DNA from: Gemmatimonadota bacterium
Lineage (GTDB): Bacteria > Gemmatimonadota > Gemmatimonadetes > Palauibacterales > KS3-K002
Length of the DNA: 64,000 nt
Reading direction: 5' to 3'
NCBI GenBank assembly: GCA_039586795.1
Contig: JBDHJS010000015.1
Span: 1-64,000, forward strand
Part shown: in pieces, positions 56,240 through 64,000 of the stretch
Layout: each line of letters opens with the position of its first letter
Position numbering within the stretch: position 1 is the stretch's first letter
Notes under the pieces: model-generated
The model's database searches: none
Told to the model about the DNA's origin: nothing
Seen by the model: only the letters and a program-made list of their open reading frames with translations
Translations under genes and position numbers: made by a program

Positions 56240-56689
56240 ATGGCCGCGCCTTCGGCTCTCAAGCTCTGGGTCGTGCTCGCCCGCGCCTACTCGTCGATTG
56301 AGGAGCGGGCGGCCGCCGATGTTCGGCGCCGCGGATTGACTCTGGCCGAGTTCGGTGTGCTGGAGGCGCTGCTGCACAAAGGGCCGCTGTTGCTGGGCGA
56401 TCTGCAACGCAAGATCCTGATCTCGAGCGGCGGTATCACCTACGTGGTCGATCGACTTCAGGAACGAGGGCTGGTAGAGCGTCAGCCACATGCCGAGGAC
56501 CGTCGGGCTTGCTTCGCTGCCCTGACCAAAGAGGGCGAGAAGCTGACGAAGAGGATCTTCAACGAACACGAGGCGTGTCTGGAGGAGGTTTTGTCGGGTC
56601 TCAACGTGGAACAACAGCAGCAGGCGACGGAGTTGTTGAAAGTACTCGGTCGAGCCGCGGCCGGGCTGGAGGTCGAAGCGACCTCATGA
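56240..56689 (+). CDS. MarR family regulator, MhqR-like
   Basis: LKLWVVLARAY, EFGVLEALLHKG, KILISSGGITYVVDRL, EDRR; AGGAGG RBS. Confidence 0.93.
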   Translation: MAAPSALKLWVVLARAYSSIEERAAADVRRRGLTLAEFGVLEALLHKGPLLLGDLQRKILISSGGITYVVDRLQERGLVERQPHAEDRRACFAALTKEGEKLTKRIFNEHEACLEEVLSGLNVEQQQQATELLKVLGRAAAGLEVEATS

Positions 56690-56720
56690 TCGTGAACTCT
56701 GAGAAGCACGGAGGAATACA

Positions 56721-57575
56721 ATGAGCGGTTTGATTCTCGTGACGGGCGCGACGGGCCAGCAAGGCGGCGCGGTAGCGCGCGAGTTACTGGCTGCCGGCCA
56801 CAAGATTAGGGCGATGACTCGCAATCCAGACGGCGACAAGGCGAAGGAGCTTGCAGATCTTGGCGCTGAGATCGTAACTGGCGACTTGAACGATACCGAT
56901 TCGCTGGTTCGCTCGGTCGAAGGTGCATGGGGCGCATTTGCCCTGCAGAACACCTGGGAAGCGGGTGTGGAGGGCGAAGAAGAGCAGGGTAAGCGATTTG
57001 CAGGGGTCGCTCGGGAGCACGGCGTGGAGCATTTCGTCTACGCGTCAGTAGGTTCGGCCCATCGCGAGACGGGCATTCCGCACTTCGATAATAAGTGGCG
57101 GATCGAGGAGAAGGTGAGTAGCGTTGGCTTCCCATCCTACACTATCCTGCGGCCGGTATTCTTCATGGAGAACTGGTTGTCGCCGTGGTTCAAGCCGTAC
57201 ATCGATGAGGGGAATCTGGCCATCGGGATCAAGCCGGACACGAAGCTGCAGATGATCGCTGTGGATGACATAGGGAAGTACGGGCTGCTAGCGTTCGAAA
57301 AGAGTGTTGAGTTGAACGGCCAGGCGATTGACATCGCTGGCGACGAATTGACACCTGTGGAAGCGGCACAGATCGTCAGTGAGGTTGCTGGAAGGGACGT
57401 GAACCATTACCAGGTGCCGATCGAGCAGGTACGCGAATTCAGCGAGGACTTCGCGTTGATGCTCGAGTGGTTCGACGCCGTTGGGTACGATGCGGACATC
57501 GCGGGCAATGTAAAGAAGTACGGCATCGAGCCCACTTCGTTTCGGGATTGGGCAAATAGAGCCAGCTGGGGCTAG
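56721..57575 (+). CDS. NmrA/HSCARG family NAD(P)-binding protein
   Basis: ILVTGATGQQGGAVA, IPHFDNKWRIE, LRPVFFMEN. Confidence 0.95.
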   Translation: MSGLILVTGATGQQGGAVARELLAAGHKIRAMTRNPDGDKAKELADLGAEIVTGDLNDTDSLVRSVEGAWGAFALQNTWEAGVEGEEEQGKRFAGVAREHGVEHFVYASVGSAHRETGIPHFDNKWRIEEKVSSVGFPSYTILRPVFFMENWLSPWFKPYIDEGNLAIGIKPDTKLQMIAVDDIGKYGLLAFEKSVELNGQAIDIAGDELTPVEAAQIVSEVAGRDVNHYQVPIEQVREFSEDFALMLEWFDAVGYDADIAGNVKKYGIEPTSFRDWANRASWG

Positions 57576-57592
57576 AGCGAGTCGTTCAACAA

Positions 57593-57671
57593 GGAGTACG
57601 AGATTCGGTGATTGCGGGCTGGGCTCCCCTTCGCTTCCAAAGCCTCAGCAACCCCCGAATCTCGTAGCTCC
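57593..57671. repeat. Long inverted repeat between convergent genes
   Basis: ggagtacgagattcgg (57593-57608) pairs with ccgaatctcgtagctcc (57655-57671); a further gaatctcgt copy follows. Confidence 0.75.
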
Positions 57672-57684
57672 AGAATCTCGTCTA

Positions 57685-57897
57685 TCACTTCTCCAGATTT
57701 CGGAACGCCACGCAGCCGAAGATCGACCAGGCCCAAACACTGGTCATTGCCGCGGCGTCCATGATCAAGCTTCCGGTTCCAAGTAGCACATCATCCGTCA
57801 TGTTGACGACGGACCCTGCGCTGTTCGCGGCCCAGAGAGTTACTGACAAGAAGGCCCGCATCGCTTCCTGAACGAAATGCCCGATGATGTCCGCCAT
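57685..57897 (-). CDS. Small hydrophobic hypothetical protein (70 aa)
   Basis: AAGGAGAGG upstream of ATG 57897; MADIIGHFVQEAMRAF...WAWSIFGCVAFRNLEK. Confidence 0.55.
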   Translation of the reverse strand: MADIIGHFVQEAMRAFLSVTLWAANSAGSVVNMTDDVLLGTGSLIMDAAAMTSVWAWSIFGCVAFRNLEK

Positions 57898-58152
57898 CGC
57901 GTTCCTCTCCTTCCTTCCGTGTCGGGCGCACTGGTTCTTCCCTGGCTCGCGCTCGCACGAGGACCAGGCCGGTCCACTGAAGCTGTCGGGGAACCGGCTA
58001 CTGAGACTTACGTCGACCAAGCGAGCAAGGTTGGTGCCGAATTTCGTGAACCGAGAGTCGAGATTCGGTCACGCTGTCAGTGATAGAGAAACCGATCGTG
58101 CGTGTCAGTTGGAGACAGATATGTGTTGAGGCGTGTCGCTCACTCGCTTACG

Positions 58153-59238
58153 TCATCGTCCGATCTGTATCGGTAATCGCCGAGCACCCCAGCGGCCGGG
58201 CGGTCCGTCGAAGACACCGGCGCACGTGGCACCGCATTTCGAACAGCGGCCGTCGTCGGTGAGACTGTAGTCCGTGAGTATGTACCAGTCGCGAGCTATC
58301 AGAGTAGCGCCACACTCATGGCAGAGCGTCGAGCCGCCAACGATGTCATGGACGTTGCCTGTGTAGACGTAGCGGAGACCATTGCGCACGGCGATATCGC
58401 GGGCGCGACTTAGCGTCTTCGGCGGCGTAGCCGGCACATCCATCATCTTCCAGTCGGGATGGAAGGCCGTGAAATGGAGCGGTATATCCGGGCCGAGCTG
58501 TTCGATGATCCACGAGCTGAGCTCATCGAGTTCGGCATCGGAGTCATTCCTCCCGGGGATGAGCAGTGTGGTGATCTCGAACCAGACGTCTGTCTCGTGC
58601 TTCAGGTAGACGAGGGTGTCGAGAACCGGCTGCATATGTCCTTTCGTGAGCTCCCAATAGAATTCTTCGGTGAACGCTTTGAGGTCCACGTTGGCGGCGT
58701 CCATATGTTCGTAGAACTCGTGCCGGGGCTCTTCACACACGTAGCCAGCCGTGACCGCCACTGTCTTGATCCCTCTTTCGCGGCAGGCCTGGGCCACGTC
58801 GATGGCGTACTCATGGAAGATGACCGGGTCGTTGTAAGTGAAGGCGACGCTACGACAGTCAAGGCGATGGGCCGCTTCCGCCAGTCCCTCCGGTGAAGCG
58901 GTATCGGCCAGCCGATCCATCTCGCGCGACTTGCTGATATCCCAATTCTGACAGAACTTGCACGCCAGGTTGCAGCCGGCGGTGCCAAAGGAAAGAACGG
59001 GTGTCCCCGGCAAGAAGTGGTTGAGCGGTTTCTTCTCGATGGGGTCGACGCAGAAGCCGCTGGACCGACCGTACGTCGTGAGCACGATGCCATCGTTCTG
59101 ACGCATGCGTACAAAGCATAGGCCCCGCTGGTCTTCGCGCAGCTTGCAGTAGCGGGGACACATGTCGCACTGAACGCGCCCGTCATCGAGCGCATGCCAG
59201 TACCTGGTCGGTACTATAGTTCCTGCTGCACCGGTCAT
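58153..59238 (-). CDS. amrS: AmmeMemoRadiSam system radical SAM enzyme
   Basis: CDMCPRYC, DPIEKKPLNHF.PG, GCNLACKFCQNWDISK, AFTYNDP, YVYTGNVHD. Confidence 0.95.
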   Translation of the reverse strand: MTGAAGTIVPTRYWHALDDGRVQCDMCPRYCKLREDQRGLCFVRMRQNDGIVLTTYGRSSGFCVDPIEKKPLNHFLPGTPVLSFGTAGCNLACKFCQNWDISKSREMDRLADTASPEGLAEAAHRLDCRSVAFTYNDPVIFHEYAIDVAQACRERGIKTVAVTAGYVCEEPRHEFYEHMDAANVDLKAFTEEFYWELTKGHMQPVLDTLVYLKHETDVWFEITTLLIPGRNDSDAELDELSSWIIEQLGPDIPLHFTAFHPDWKMMDVPATPPKTLSRARDIAVRNGLRYVYTGNVHDIVGGSTLCHECGATLIARDWYILTDYSLTDDGRCSKCGATCAGVFDGPPGRWGARRLPIQIGR

Positions 59239-59318
59239 GACTTCGTAGACCTCCGTCGTCTACGATAAGCCGAGGTCGAGAGTCGCGACAGCTCTTGTGT
59301 AGTCCCGTCGTGCTTGCC

Positions 59319-60401
59319 CTAAGCGGTCAGCGCTTCCTCGAGGCGTGCCAAATGATCGTCCGTAAGGCCGTGCATCTCGAACAGGGACACTCCTGCGGCT
59401 CCGGCATCGATCGCCACTTCTACGGCAGTGAACAGTTGGTCGGGGGTAAGGCTGGGGAGGTAAAGCCCGGCGTAGAGTGGAACTTCAGCCTCGAGGGAGG
59501 TGACGCCTTCGCGGACGGATGCTCCGATCCAGGCGATATCCTCTTCGTAGAACTCGTGGTAGAGCATCGGAAAGAGAGCGTCGATGGGCCACCAGTCCCA
59601 AGCCTGGCGAACCAGCCGGCGCGCCAGGTTCGGTGTGGGAAACACGGCCGCCGTGATCGGTTTGCCATGGGCATGGGCCGATTCGGTCAGACGGCGGACG
59701 AGTCCTGTCACACTTTCCCAGCGGAACCTGCGCCATTCCTCATCGGAGGGAGGGTCGGTGAGCTCCAAAGGGTCTGTTCCCGTCTGCTGGGCGAAGGCCT
59801 CACGGCAGACATCGCAATAACAGAAATCGAACTCGGCGTACTCTCGATCTTGCACGAGATCGTACTTGTCCCAGAGCCCCACCGGCAGGATGACATCGGA
59901 ATGGCGTATGTAGTCGAGGTGTACACCGTCCACGTTGGTGTCGGCCGCGATTTCTCCGACTGCGCGGCTAAGGTACTCGCGGACCGGCTCGCGTGTGGGA
60001 CAAAGCCAGCGGTAGTAGTCGACGTAAGGAGGGTGATCTAGCGTCGAGTCTCCGTTGCGGCTGACGGTGAACCACTCGGGATGGTTTTGCCTGGCCCACT
60101 CATCGCCACTTCGGTTGAGTATCCACGCCCAGCGATGGAACTCGAGCCCCTCGGCGTGAGCCGCCTGCGACAGCCGCTCCGTGTCGCCACCACCCGTCAG
60201 GACGGCATCGAGCCCTGCTGTACGGAGTTTGGAGAAGTAGGCGCGCCATTCGTCATCGCTATGCTTGCGTCCACCGTGAACCCACGTCCAATTCTTGGTC
60301 CGCGGTTGATCCGAGCGGCAAGCCTCAGTACCAAGCACGGAGAGCGTGCCCAAACCGATGGCCGCCTTGCCAGTCCGCTCAACGAACGTTCTGCGCTTCA
60401 A
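59319..60401 (-). CDS. Tat-exported GHL10/DUF187-like glycoside hydrolase
   Basis: KRRTFV Tat motif, WLCPT, DGVHLDYIR, AAVFPTP, RQAW, PMLYH. Confidence 0.85.
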   Translation of the reverse strand: MKRRTFVERTGKAAIGLGTLSVLGTEACRSDQPRTKNWTWVHGGRKHSDDEWRAYFSKLRTAGLDAVLTGGGDTERLSQAAHAEGLEFHRWAWILNRSGDEWARQNHPEWFTVSRNGDSTLDHPPYVDYYRWLCPTREPVREYLSRAVGEIAADTNVDGVHLDYIRHSDVILPVGLWDKYDLVQDREYAEFDFCYCDVCREAFAQQTGTDPLELTDPPSDEEWRRFRWESVTGLVRRLTESAHAHGKPITAAVFPTPNLARRLVRQAWDWWPIDALFPMLYHEFYEEDIAWIGASVREGVTSLEAEVPLYAGLYLPSLTPDQLFTAVEVAIDAGAAGVSLFEMHGLTDDHLARLEEALTA

Positions 60402-60404
60402 CCT

Positions 60405-61517
60405 TCATCCTCCGGATTGGTCTTTCCAGATTCTGCCATCGTGCCGGATATTCCACACGGTTCCCCCCGACCCTGGTGCCGTCGCTTGATAGCCTTCGTC
60501 GGTGATCACCAACGCGGGCCGGAGTTCTGTTCCGTCGTCCAATATGACTCGATAGTTCAATGCGGCCAGATCGGTGGCGTAGCCTCCGGATGTGCGGCGG
60601 AACTCGCGTTGAGCGTAGTAGAGATACCTGAGGGCCCAGCGGATGTCTTCGTCGATCAGAGGCGCGGCCGGAACCGGGCCATCGCCAACCGTCGTTTCAC
60701 TGAACTGCACGACTCCCCAACGTTCTGGCATGTGCATATTGATCGCACCCTGAGGTGACCACACCCAGTTGTGCTCCGGGTAAGGCTTGCCGGTTGCGGG
60801 GTCTGTCTCTTTCCGATAATGACCGTCGACGACTTCCAGTCTCCACTGGACGCGAGAGAAGTTGAGTCGCCAGAGATCGGCGTCGCCGGGGGCGCTGCGC
60901 TCCGGCGCGAACTCGATGAGCTCGCTCCATGGAATGGCGAGCTCGATAGTCCATCCGCGATCAGTATCCGAAGGATGGTTGAGCGTGCCATCGACGGATA
61001 CAGATGCGAGAAGTCCGTCAATATCCCAGGCGGACACGGCGGGCCCGCCGTCCCGGTACGGCTTCAGAAGTATCAGATCCCAGACGGTCCCGAGCGCATT
61101 GATCTCGACCTCGACGTAGTTGTGCGTATCGCCATCTGGGTCGATGAAGACCTCGAAGTCGTTATCTCTGTAGATGACAGCATCGCGCTCCGTTAGCGTC
61201 GCCCACGTTTCCGGCTCCTCAAGCTCCGCCGCGACGTACAGGTAGTCATCATCCCAAAGCAGCTTGAATCGTGTCCGTAGGCTGGGCGGGGGGCGGGATT
61301 CGCCCTCGATGTCAACAAATGGTTCGCTCCAATCCGCGGCGTGCCAGTAGGGCTCGTCCAGCCTGCCGTCTATCCTAAGAGCGTTCGGGGTCCTGTAGCT
61401 GATGTAGCGCCGCAGCGTAGGCCGCTGCTCTTGCGCGAACGCTAGCCGCGGTAAGCATAGCAGCATCATCGCCGTCAGGGTGACGAGGTGCCGGGTATTT
61501 CGGACGACCCGCAACAT
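60405..61517 (-). CDS. Carbohydrate-binding family 9-like protein
   Basis: IDGRLDE..W, LWDDDYLYV, DNDFEVFIDPDGD, WRLNFSRVQW, NWVWSPQG..NMHMPERWG. Confidence 0.9.
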   Translation of the reverse strand: MLRVVRNTRHLVTLTAMMLLCLPRLAFAQEQRPTLRRYISYRTPNALRIDGRLDEPYWHAADWSEPFVDIEGESRPPPSLRTRFKLLWDDDYLYVAAELEEPETWATLTERDAVIYRDNDFEVFIDPDGDTHNYVEVEINALGTVWDLILLKPYRDGGPAVSAWDIDGLLASVSVDGTLNHPSDTDRGWTIELAIPWSELIEFAPERSAPGDADLWRLNFSRVQWRLEVVDGHYRKETDPATGKPYPEHNWVWSPQGAINMHMPERWGVVQFSETTVGDGPVPAAPLIDEDIRWALRYLYYAQREFRRTSGGYATDLAALNYRVILDDGTELRPALVITDEGYQATAPGSGGTVWNIRHDGRIWKDQSGG

Positions 61518-61619
61518 GGAGCGCTATTATATGTGCGCCCCGGCGGTAGGGCGAGCGCGAGGCTTGGGCCGTGCTGGCTGTCAGGGGGTGGAAGAAGCTG
61601 ATTTGCGGACTAAGTTTAC

Positions 61620-61648
61620 TGGACACGCGTAGACGGAAGTGTTATGCT
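61620..61648 (+). promoter_or_regulatory. Putative sigma70 promoter upstream of rpsU
   Basis: TGGACA-N17-TATGCT with extended -10 TGn. Confidence 0.6.
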
Positions 61649-61710
61649 GCATTCAGTTAGTCCTCTGGACGACGGTGAGGTCGTCGGGCCCCGCTAACAG
61701 GCTACTGTTG

Positions 61711-61753
61711 ACATCGGGCTTCGTGATTGAGCCGAGTCCGATGTGTTTTTTTT
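61711..61753 (+). terminator. Terminator-like hairpin within the rpsU leader
   Basis: acatcgggct...agtccgatgt stem followed by g and eight T. Confidence 0.65.
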
Positions 61754-61779
61754 GCTCATAGGCCTGATAGGGGGCATGC

Positions 61780-61983
61780 ATGGTAGAGGTGGTAGTGCGG
61801 GACGGTGACAACCTGGAGGTCGTTCTCAAGCGTTTTAGGCGTAAGTTGGTGCGGTCCGGGCTGTTCAAAGACATGAAGAAGAGGCGCTTCTACGAGAAGC
61901 CAAGCACCGCGCGCAAGCGTAAGAAAGCGGCAGCGCGCAGACGTAATGTGCGACGAAGTGGTTCGCCGAGAGGTCAGCGGTAG
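61780..61983 (+). CDS. rpsU: 30S ribosomal protein S21
   Basis: [11 protein letters not shown]...[22 protein letters not shown]. Confidence 0.95.
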   Translation: MVEVVVRDGDNLEVVLKRFRRKLVRSGLFKDMKKRRFYEKPSTARKRKKAAARRRNVRRSGSPRGQR

Positions 61984-62021
61984 GGGCGGTTGTCGTCACG
62001 CAAGATACGGAAGAGAGCACC

Positions 62022-62237
62022 ATGACACGCATTACAGGCACCGTAAAGTGGTTCTCCAAGGACAAGGGCTTCGGGTTCATCAAGCAGGATGATGGCCCTG
62101 ATGTCTTCGTTCATCACACCGCCATTCAGTCCAGTGGCTACCGCACGCTGGAGGAAGGCGAACGAGTCGAATTCGAGATCGTCGAAGAGCCGAAAGGCTT
62201 GAAGGCGGCGAACGTTACGCGAGTCGACGAATCTTGA
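62022..62237 (+). CDS. cspA: Cold-shock protein
   Basis: GTVKWF..KGFGFI...DVFVHHTAI...L.EGERVEF. Confidence 0.95.
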   Translation: MTRITGTVKWFSKDKGFGFIKQDDGPDVFVHHTAIQSSGYRTLEEGERVEFEIVEEPKGLKAANVTRVDES

Positions 62238-62313
62238 CGCGGAAGCGTCGTTGGCCGTCGTACTTGCGGTGAATCCGCAGCCAGATGCTGCGCAAAGACA
62301 GAAAGCAGATGGG

Positions 62314-62748
62314 ATGAGTGCTGCCAAGGGTGGTGACACTGTCAAGGTGCATTATACGGGTCGGCTTGACGACGGTACGGTTTTCGACTCTTCGGCGGGC
62401 GAAGACCCGCTAGAATTCACAATCGGTGATCGGGACGTGATACCCGGTTTTGAGGACGGCGTGCTGGGCATGACCGTCGGCGATACCAAGACGATCACGA
62501 TCGAATCAAAAGATGCTTACGGTCCGCATCGCCCCGACCTGGTGATGGAGATCGCGCGCGACCAACTGCCGGACGATGTAGAGCCCGAAGTGGGGCAGTT
62601 GCTCGAATTTCGGCAGCCAGACGGAGTTGTCATTCCGCTGGTTTTGACCGAGCTAGCAGATGATGTCGTGACCCTCGATGCCAACCATCCGTTGGCGGGG
62701 AAGGAACTGACTTTCGATCTCGAGCTTATGGAGATCACCACGGCGTAG
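62314..62748 (+). CDS. slyD: FKBP-type peptidyl-prolyl isomerase (SlyD-like, no His-rich tail)
   Basis: VKVHYTGRLDDGTVFDSS, VIPGFE, LDANHPLAGKELTFD. Confidence 0.92.
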   Translation: MSAAKGGDTVKVHYTGRLDDGTVFDSSAGEDPLEFTIGDRDVIPGFEDGVLGMTVGDTKTITIESKDAYGPHRPDLVMEIARDQLPDDVEPEVGQLLEFRQPDGVVIPLVLTELADDVVTLDANHPLAGKELTFDLELMEITTA

Positions 62749-62755
62749 GACTCCC

Positions 62756-64000
62756 CTAAACGGTCTTCAGGTAGTCCCTTATCATCAACGCCGCCGCCGC
62801 GCCTTCGCCGGCGGCGGAGGCGACCTGCTTCACGCTATCGGCTCGCACGTCACCAGCCGCAAACACCCCCGGTACGCTCGTCTCCAGATGCGCTGGATCA
62901 CGCGACTCGAAGCCCGGCGGCCGCTGGCCGTTGTGCACGATTTGGTGACCGGTAATCACGAACCCAAATTCATCGAGCCGGACGGCGCTATCCGAGAGCG
63001 GTGCCGTGTTGGGATCCAGGCCGATGAAGATGAAGGTCCCGGGCACATCCAGCTGCCAGTTCTCTTCGGTCCTCGTGTTGCGCACGTTGACCGTCTGTAG
63101 CTTGGATTCGGCGCCCGCAAATCCCTCCACGACGGTGTGAAAGCGGACATCGATCTGGGGATGCTCGAGCACCTTCTCCTGGATGACCTGACTGGCTGAA
63201 AACTCCGCGCCGCGCACCAGCAGCGTGACTCGAGAAGCGAACCGGGTAAGGAACAGACTCTCTTCTGCGGCGCTGTTGCCACCACCGACAACGGCAACCG
63301 GTCGATCTTTGTAGAAGGGGCCATCGCATGTTGCGCAGAAATGAACGCCGGCACCCAAGTACTCTTCTTCACCAGGCACGTCGAGGCGCCGGTAACGGCT
63401 GCCAGGAGCTAGTAAGACAGCGCAGGCGCTGTACTCGGTTCCGTCCGCCGTCGTGACGCAGCGGTAGTTGTTGTGGCTATGCAGGCTGGTGACATCTTGA
63501 GCCTGGAGCATCTCAACGCCAAAGCGCTCCGCTTGTAGTCGGAATCGACTGGCCAGCTCGGTGCCTGTGATACCCTCGTGAAAACCGGGCACGTTGTCGA
63601 GGTGCATGGTCGCCGCAGCTTGGCCGCCGAGCGCGGCTCGCTCGATTACAAGCGTGTCGATACCTTCGCGGGCGGTGTATAGGGCGGCGGTAAGGCCTGC
63701 CGGCCCTCCGCCCACCACGATGAGGTCGTAGTGGTGACGTTCCGCCGTGGTCTTTAATCCAAGCCTTTGGGCGAGCTCAGCGTTGCTGGGATTGGTCAAG
63801 GTCGAGCCGTCTCCCAGGACAATGGTCGGGATCCGCCGCTTTCCCTGATTCGCTTCGATCACGAACTGCTCACCCGCTTCGTCCTTCTCGATGTCCACCC
63901 AGCTATATGGGATCTGGTGTTCGCCGAGGAACGCTTTGCTGCGGCGACAGTCGGGGCACCAATAGGCGCCATACACGGTTACATCCGGGCTGTCAGTCAT
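62756..64000 (-). CDS. trxB: Thioredoxin reductase with N-terminal glutaredoxin/mycoredoxin-like domain
   Basis: YGAYWCPDC...RRIPTI; GGGPAGLTAA, HFCATCDG, GGGNSA, TSVPGVFAAGDV. Confidence 0.92.
   Translation of the reverse strand: MTDSPDVTVYGAYWCPDCRRSKAFLGEHQIPYSWVDIEKDEAGEQFVIEANQGKRRIPTIVLGDGSTLTNPSNAELAQRLGLKTTAERHHYDLIVVGGGPAGLTAALYTAREGIDTLVIERAALGGQAAATMHLDNVPGFHEGITGTELASRFRLQAERFGVEMLQAQDVTSLHSHNNYRCVTTADGTEYSACAVLLAPGSRYRRLDVPGEEEYLGAGVHFCATCDGPFYKDRPVAVVGGGNSAAEESLFLTRFASRVTLLVRGAEFSASQVIQEKVLEHPQIDVRFHTVVEGFAGAESKLQTVNVRNTRTEENWQLDVPGTFIFIGLDPNTAPLSDSAVRLDEFGFVITGHQIVHNGQRPPGFESRDPAHLETSVPGVFAAGDVRADSVKQVASAAGEGAAAALMIRDYLKTV

Noticed and set aside
59319..61517. UGA readthrough fusing the CBM9-like and GHL10 genes (in frame: TGA AGG TTG)
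   Set aside because: The downstream gene has its own GGAGGA RBS and Tat signal, the UGA is not at a Cys-equivalent position, and I saw no SECIS-like hairpin.
61650..61760. SRP RNA, 6S RNA or tRNA upstream of rpsU
   Set aside because: No SRP GGAA/GCAGC domain IV motif, no cloverleaf or TTCGA arm, and too short for 6S.

Overview
GC-rich bacterial chromosomal window. Gene content (ADOP-type permeases, membrane-anchored TolB-like/TPR proteins, many exported lipoproteins) suggests Gemmatimonadota or a similar lineage; this is an inference. About 55 CDS are supported. I see no rRNA, tRNA, CRISPR array, integrase or transposase. Main points: (1) five copies of an uncharacterised Zn-ribbon/hydrophobic-segment/helical-tail protein family between 9.4 and 19.6 kb, four intact and one internally deleted; (2) an exported peroxiredoxin-like selenoprotein split by an in-frame UGA with a SECIS-like hairpin, next to ccdA-tlpA; (3) heptamer-built intergenic arrays and long palindromes, one with 20-bp perfect terminal inverted repeats; (4) a promoter-hairpin-U-tract leader in front of rpsU; (5) unusual architectures: OMP-barrel-NlpC/P60, giant PLD-like protein, HEXXH-HhH, Grx-TrxR, and an 880-aa coiled coil with no ATPase head; (6) many thiol-redox genes. 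All family assignments come from recognising motifs by eye, not from database searches.
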